A stretch of 56,930 nt of DNA, taken from Candidatus Pacearchaeota archaeon. GTDB taxonomy: Archaea; Nanobdellota; Nanobdellia; Pacearchaeales; GW2011-AR1. Shown here piece after piece: positions 53,478 to 56,930 of this stretch. The stretch is from assembly GCA_018304045.1 (NCBI GenBank), contig JAGVWZ010000022.1, positions 1-56,930 of the forward strand, in the 5' to 3' direction. Position 1 is the first letter of the stretch, and each line of letters opens with the position of its first letter. The notes under the pieces are model-generated. The model was not told the origin of the DNA. It saw nothing but the letters and a program-made list of their open reading frames with translations, and made no database searches. A program made the position numbers and the translations under genes.

Positions 53478-55784
53478 ATGGTTATAGAAAAAAAGAGTTT
53501 AATACTATTAGGTTTATTTTTTGGAATGTATTTAATTGCAGGAGTAAGTGCTAGTCTTTATTTATCTCCTTTGGATTCAACATATAATATCGGAGATTCT
53601 GTTGATTTAAATATAACTATTGACCCTATTGTAGATGGACCATTTAAATTAAAATTAATTTGTGATGGAAAAGGTGTTGATGTTTTTTCAGGTCCTGCTA
53701 TTGAAAATTTAGTTCTTCCATTGAATGAGCTTTGGATTAATGATTTAAAAGGAAGTTGTTATTTTCTTGCTGAATATGGTGGAGATCAAAAAAGAACAGA
53801 ACCTAATTTTGTTATTTCAGACAAGTTGAATATTGTTTTAGAGACTGATTCTTTTTTTGCAAAACCTGATGAAACAATTATTGTAAAGGGAACTGTTACT
53901 AAGGTAAATGGAAATCTTGAAGAAGGTGAAGTTGAAATTTTAACTCCGTTTAAAGGAGTTTCTACTACTGAGATAGTTAATAATACTAATTCTAGTACAG
54001 GTAATGTTACTAATACTACTGTTTCATCTGAAACTGTTATAGGTAATGATTCTAATTTTGGTAAATTCTATGGTAAAGTAAGTAATGGGAAATTTTCAGT
54101 TAGTTTGAGACTTCCAAGTAATGTTCCTTCTGGAAATTATGCTTTGGTTGTAAATGCCTATGATCAGACATTATCTGGGAAAAGATTAAATCAGGGAAGT
54201 GCAACTGGAAGTTTAAAAGTTCCACAAATTTTAAGGGGAATTGATATTGCTTTAAATAATCAGAATTTTAATCCTGGAGATAATGTAAGCATTAAACCAA
54301 CTTTGGTTGATCAGGTTGCTCAACCAATTGCAGATTCTTCATTTGTTTTAATTGAAGATAGCAGTGGAAATAAGGTTTATGAACAAGTTATCTCTTCTGG
54401 AGAAACTGGACTATTTGAGATTCCTACTGATTTTTCTAGTGGGCATTATTCAATCAAAGTTTCAAGTGGGGATAAAAAAGTAAATAAGAATTTTTTTGTT
54501 AATGAAATGGCAAAAATATTTTTTGAAATAAGAAATGATACTTTATTTGTTAAAAATATTGGCAATATTCGATATAGCAAGGAAATAAAAGTTGATATTA
54601 ATGGAAAACCTTTTATCAAACAGATTGATTTAGAGGTTGGTGAACAGAAAGAGCTTTACTTATATGGTGAAGATGGAATTTATAATGTAAGTGCTAGTGA
54701 TGGAAACAGTTCAATTAACAAAGATAATGTGTTATTAACAGGACATGCTATTGATGTAAAAGATTTTAGAAATGTTGGATTGAATCTTTTTTCAAATCCT
54801 CTTCTTTGGATATTTTTAATTTTAATTGTGGTTGTTGCAATTGCAATTATAACCAATAAAGTTGTTAAGAAAAGGTCTGTTGCAAGACCTAGAGATTATT
54901 ATGGAAAGCCAGCTCATTTAAAACTTGATGGTGTTATGAAAAAAGAGCAGAAAGAAGAAAAACCTCAGCCAAATGTTCGAGTTCTTAAGCAAAATCCATT
55001 TATTCCTGTTGTTGCTCCTACGATTGCAATTCAAGGACTTGTAACAAAGGGCCATAGAAATAATGCTGTTGTAATTGCCCTGAAAATAAAAAATAAAATA
55101 AATCCTTTTGCAAAGGAATTTGTTCAAAAAGCTGTTAATAGTGTTTATACTAGAAAAGGAGCTGTTTATGAAAGCGGGGAATATGTTATTGCAATATTTA
55201 GTCCATTATCTACAAAATCTTTTAAAAATGAAGTTGATGCATCAAAGGTTGCAGAGAGCATATGTAATTCTCTTCTTGACTATAATAAAAAGTTTAAAGA
55301 ACCTATTGAATTTGGAATTGGGGTTAATTCTGGAGATATAATCAATGAAATAAAAGATGGGAAGTTATTGTTTACTGCTCTTGGAAGTACTTTGCTATTT
55401 TCTAAGAAGCTTGCTGAATTGTCCAAGGATGATGTTTTATTGTCTGAAAGTGTTTATCATAAGGAAATGTCTGAAATAAAAGCAGATAGAAAATCTTTTG
55501 GTGAAGTGGTTGCATTTAAAGTTAAAAAAATAGTTGATTATGAAAAAAATAAAAAGTTTATTGATGATTTTTTAAAAAGGGCTGAGAAAGATAGTAGTGG
55601 AGTCAAGTATGTTAAGAGTGATGGTTATTTGAGCAGAAACAGGGTTGGAAGCGGTGTTCCTGGTGCAAGCAGCTTGATAAGGGATAGTGGTAAAGTTTCT
55701 GAAAATTCTAATTCTGGAAGTTCTGGAAATGTAAACCATAGTCCGAGAACTTCTTCTGATACAGACTATGTTGATTTTAGATAA
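53478..55784 (+). CDS. single-pass membrane protein: extracellular Ig-like repeats plus a cytoplasmic class III nucleotidyl-cyclase-like (probably degenerate) domain
   Basis: Signal peptide and a TM segment LWIFLILIVVVAIAIITN. The C-terminal FGIGVNSGDIINEI...LFTALGSTLLFSKKLAELSKDDVLLSESVY resembles RIGIHTG.V..G...Y...G..VN.A.R....G.I..S. The expected metal-binding F.DI.GFT position reads VIALKIKN. Confidence 0.45.
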   Translation: MVIEKKSLILLGLFFGMYLIAGVSASLYLSPLDSTYNIGDSVDLNITIDPIVDGPFKLKLICDGKGVDVFSGPAIENLVLPLNELWINDLKGSCYFLAEYGGDQKRTEPNFVISDKLNIVLETDSFFAKPDETIIVKGTVTKVNGNLEEGEVEILTPFKGVSTTEIVNNTNSSTGNVTNTTVSSETVIGNDSNFGKFYGKVSNGKFSVSLRLPSNVPSGNYALVVNAYDQTLSGKRLNQGSATGSLKVPQILRGIDIALNNQNFNPGDNVSIKPTLVDQVAQPIADSSFVLIEDSSGNKVYEQVISSGETGLFEIPTDFSSGHYSIKVSSGDKKVNKNFFVNEMAKIFFEIRNDTLFVKNIGNIRYSKEIKVDINGKPFIKQIDLEVGEQKELYLYGEDGIYNVSASDGNSSINKDNVLLTGHAIDVKDFRNVGLNLFSNPLLWIFLILIVVVAIAIITNKVVKKRSVARPRDYYGKPAHLKLDGVMKKEQKEEKPQPNVRVLKQNPFIPVVAPTIAIQGLVTKGHRNNAVVIALKIKNKINPFAKEFVQKAVNSVYTRKGAVYESGEYVIAIFSPLSTKSFKNEVDASKVAESICNSLLDYNKKFKEPIEFGIGVNSGDIINEIKDGKLLFTALGSTLLFSKKLAELSKDDVLLSESVYHKEMSEIKADRKSFGEVVAFKVKKIVDYEKNKKFIDDFLKRAEKDSSGVKYVKSDGYLSRNRVGSGVPGASSLIRDSGKVSENSNSGSSGNVNHSPRTSSDTDYVDFR

Positions 55785-55896
55785 TTCATAACGTATTATT
55801 AATGTTGTAAAACAATGAGTATTGAGTTTAGCAATTAGTTAATATTCACTTATACCTACCTTAGCTAAAAAGAATATATTTTCTAATTTTGTTCAA

Positions 55897-56664
55897 TTAT
55901 CCAGAAAATAGAACAATTCTTTCTAATTCTTCTTTGTATTCTGGTAAAAGAACTTTTCTTGCTTCTTTTCCAAATTTAAAAAACATGGTATTTGCAAATT
56001 CTAGTCTTCCGATTCTTAGTCCAATCTCTCCTAAATGGGTTTTTTCTCCTTCTATACAAGTTTCTTTCACTCTTTTAAAAATCTCTTCAGAACACAAATT
56101 TGCCATATAAATTTGTACACAAGGATATGTAACTCTCCATAGCAAATCTGCAATTCTCATAATTCTTCCACTATCAGTTGTTGGAAGTTTTCTTGTATCA
56201 TGGTCTCCAATTATATCTGCAATTTCAAAATGATATTTTTCATCAGGATAGCCTATTTTTTGAAAAATTCTTCCAGAAACAATTATACCTCTGTTTTGAT
56301 GAGGTCTTCTGTTAACTTCACTATCTAATGATTTCAGATTCTCTTTATTTGCTTCTACTAATCTTTTCCAAGCATCAGGGTCAGTTCCATACCATCCAGT
56401 ATCATGCCCAAGTACTGCAGGAACAACAATTTCTCTTATTCCCGGAAGATAATCCAGAAGTCTTATTCCAATAAGAGTAGATATTTCACCATGTCCAGGA
56501 TCATTTCTACAATCTTGATAAGGAACAAATGCCTCAAGTAATTTTAATTCTCTTGGTCTTAATACACCTAATCTCTTTATATTAGCACCTTTTCTTGCTT
56601 CATCTCCTAAAATCCAGGTTAGATAGTCAATTGGAGTATATTTATCTGTGCTAAATGTTTTCAT
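55897..56664 (-). CDS. HD-domain phosphohydrolase-like protein
   Basis: VPAVLGHDTGW and IADIIGDHDTRK fit an H...HD...D pattern. Confidence 0.5.
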   Translation of the reverse strand: MKTFSTDKYTPIDYLTWILGDEARKGANIKRLGVLRPRELKLLEAFVPYQDCRNDPGHGEISTLIGIRLLDYLPGIREIVVPAVLGHDTGWYGTDPDAWKRLVEANKENLKSLDSEVNRRPHQNRGIIVSGRIFQKIGYPDEKYHFEIADIIGDHDTRKLPTTDSGRIMRIADLLWRVTYPCVQIYMANLCSEEIFKRVKETCIEGEKTHLGEIGLRIGRLEFANTMFFKFGKEARKVLLPEYKEELERIVLFSG

Positions 56665-56897
56665 TGTAAAACCTATTTTAAGATATTTTTAAAGATTTCG
56701 TATTTTTATTATACAGCTTAAATAAAATATTTAGGTACGCATGAAAGTATATCCTTTAGGATATAATTTTTTACACTAATATCATATTTTTTAGAGGTTA
56801 ATTATATTTATGTCCGGAATCCAATTAATTCTTTCAGTCTCTCCGAACAGAGATATTGAAGATTAATTCTTAACTATAAAATTAATAGAAAAATAGA

Positions 56898-56923
56898 AAA
56901 TCCCCAGATTCGTCTGGGGATTT
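56898..56923. other. 11-bp stem hairpin with a TTCG loop at the window edge
   Basis: aaatccccaga-ttcg-tctggggattt read directly. It is GC-rich relative to its surroundings and is cut by the window end. Confidence 0.4.
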
Positions 56924-56930
56924 ATGTCTT

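Overview
The window is AT-rich; single 60-nt lines counted by hand range from about 17% to 40% GC. It looks archaeal, probably a small-genome DPANN-like lineage, which is inference. The support is a ThrRS with the archaeal DTD-like N-terminal editing domain, an archaeal/eukaryal-type TrpRS, a class III (pilin-type) signal peptide, and TTTATATA boxes about 25 nt upstream of apparently leaderless ATGs. Recognisable housekeeping genes are hisD, ppsA, eno, thrS, trpS, two small ferredoxins (one missing from the ORF track, one frame-disrupted), two GNATs, a PC4-like protein and an HD-domain protein. I found no rRNA, tRNA or CRISPR array.

The main feature is a roughly 15-kb island (10.5-26.7 kb) that resembles a polymorphic toxin locus. 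It holds a 1165-aa secreted carrier that stops after only the N-terminal part of a pretoxin-HINT domain. It also holds five cassettes, each with its own signal peptide and four carrying part or all of the complementary C-terminal HINT region through the terminal His-Asn (the 17199 cassette lacks that end). The cassette tips are unrelated: JAB-like, RelE-like, ART-like, transglutaminase-like and unknown. Small cytoplasmic genes sit tail-to-tail with the cassettes, including a TARG1/DarG-like macrodomain. The island also has reiterated bidirectional promoters, a 99-nt identical recombination block and two embedded MNT-HEPN pairs.

Other notable items:
- A LAGLIDADG endonuclease gene sits between a live and a displaced copy of the thrS 3-prime end.
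- A radical-SAM/SPASM maturase lies next to a 9-Cys precursor peptide and a C39-like peptidase.
- A strand-biased 15-19-nt intergenic motif forms direct repeats around nucleotidyltransferase cassettes.
- Two hairpin-dense, GC-rich candidate ncRNA regions bracket the toxin cassettes.

Five frame disruptions would all be repaired by adding one nucleotide, and four lie in homopolymer runs, so sequencing error must be excluded first.
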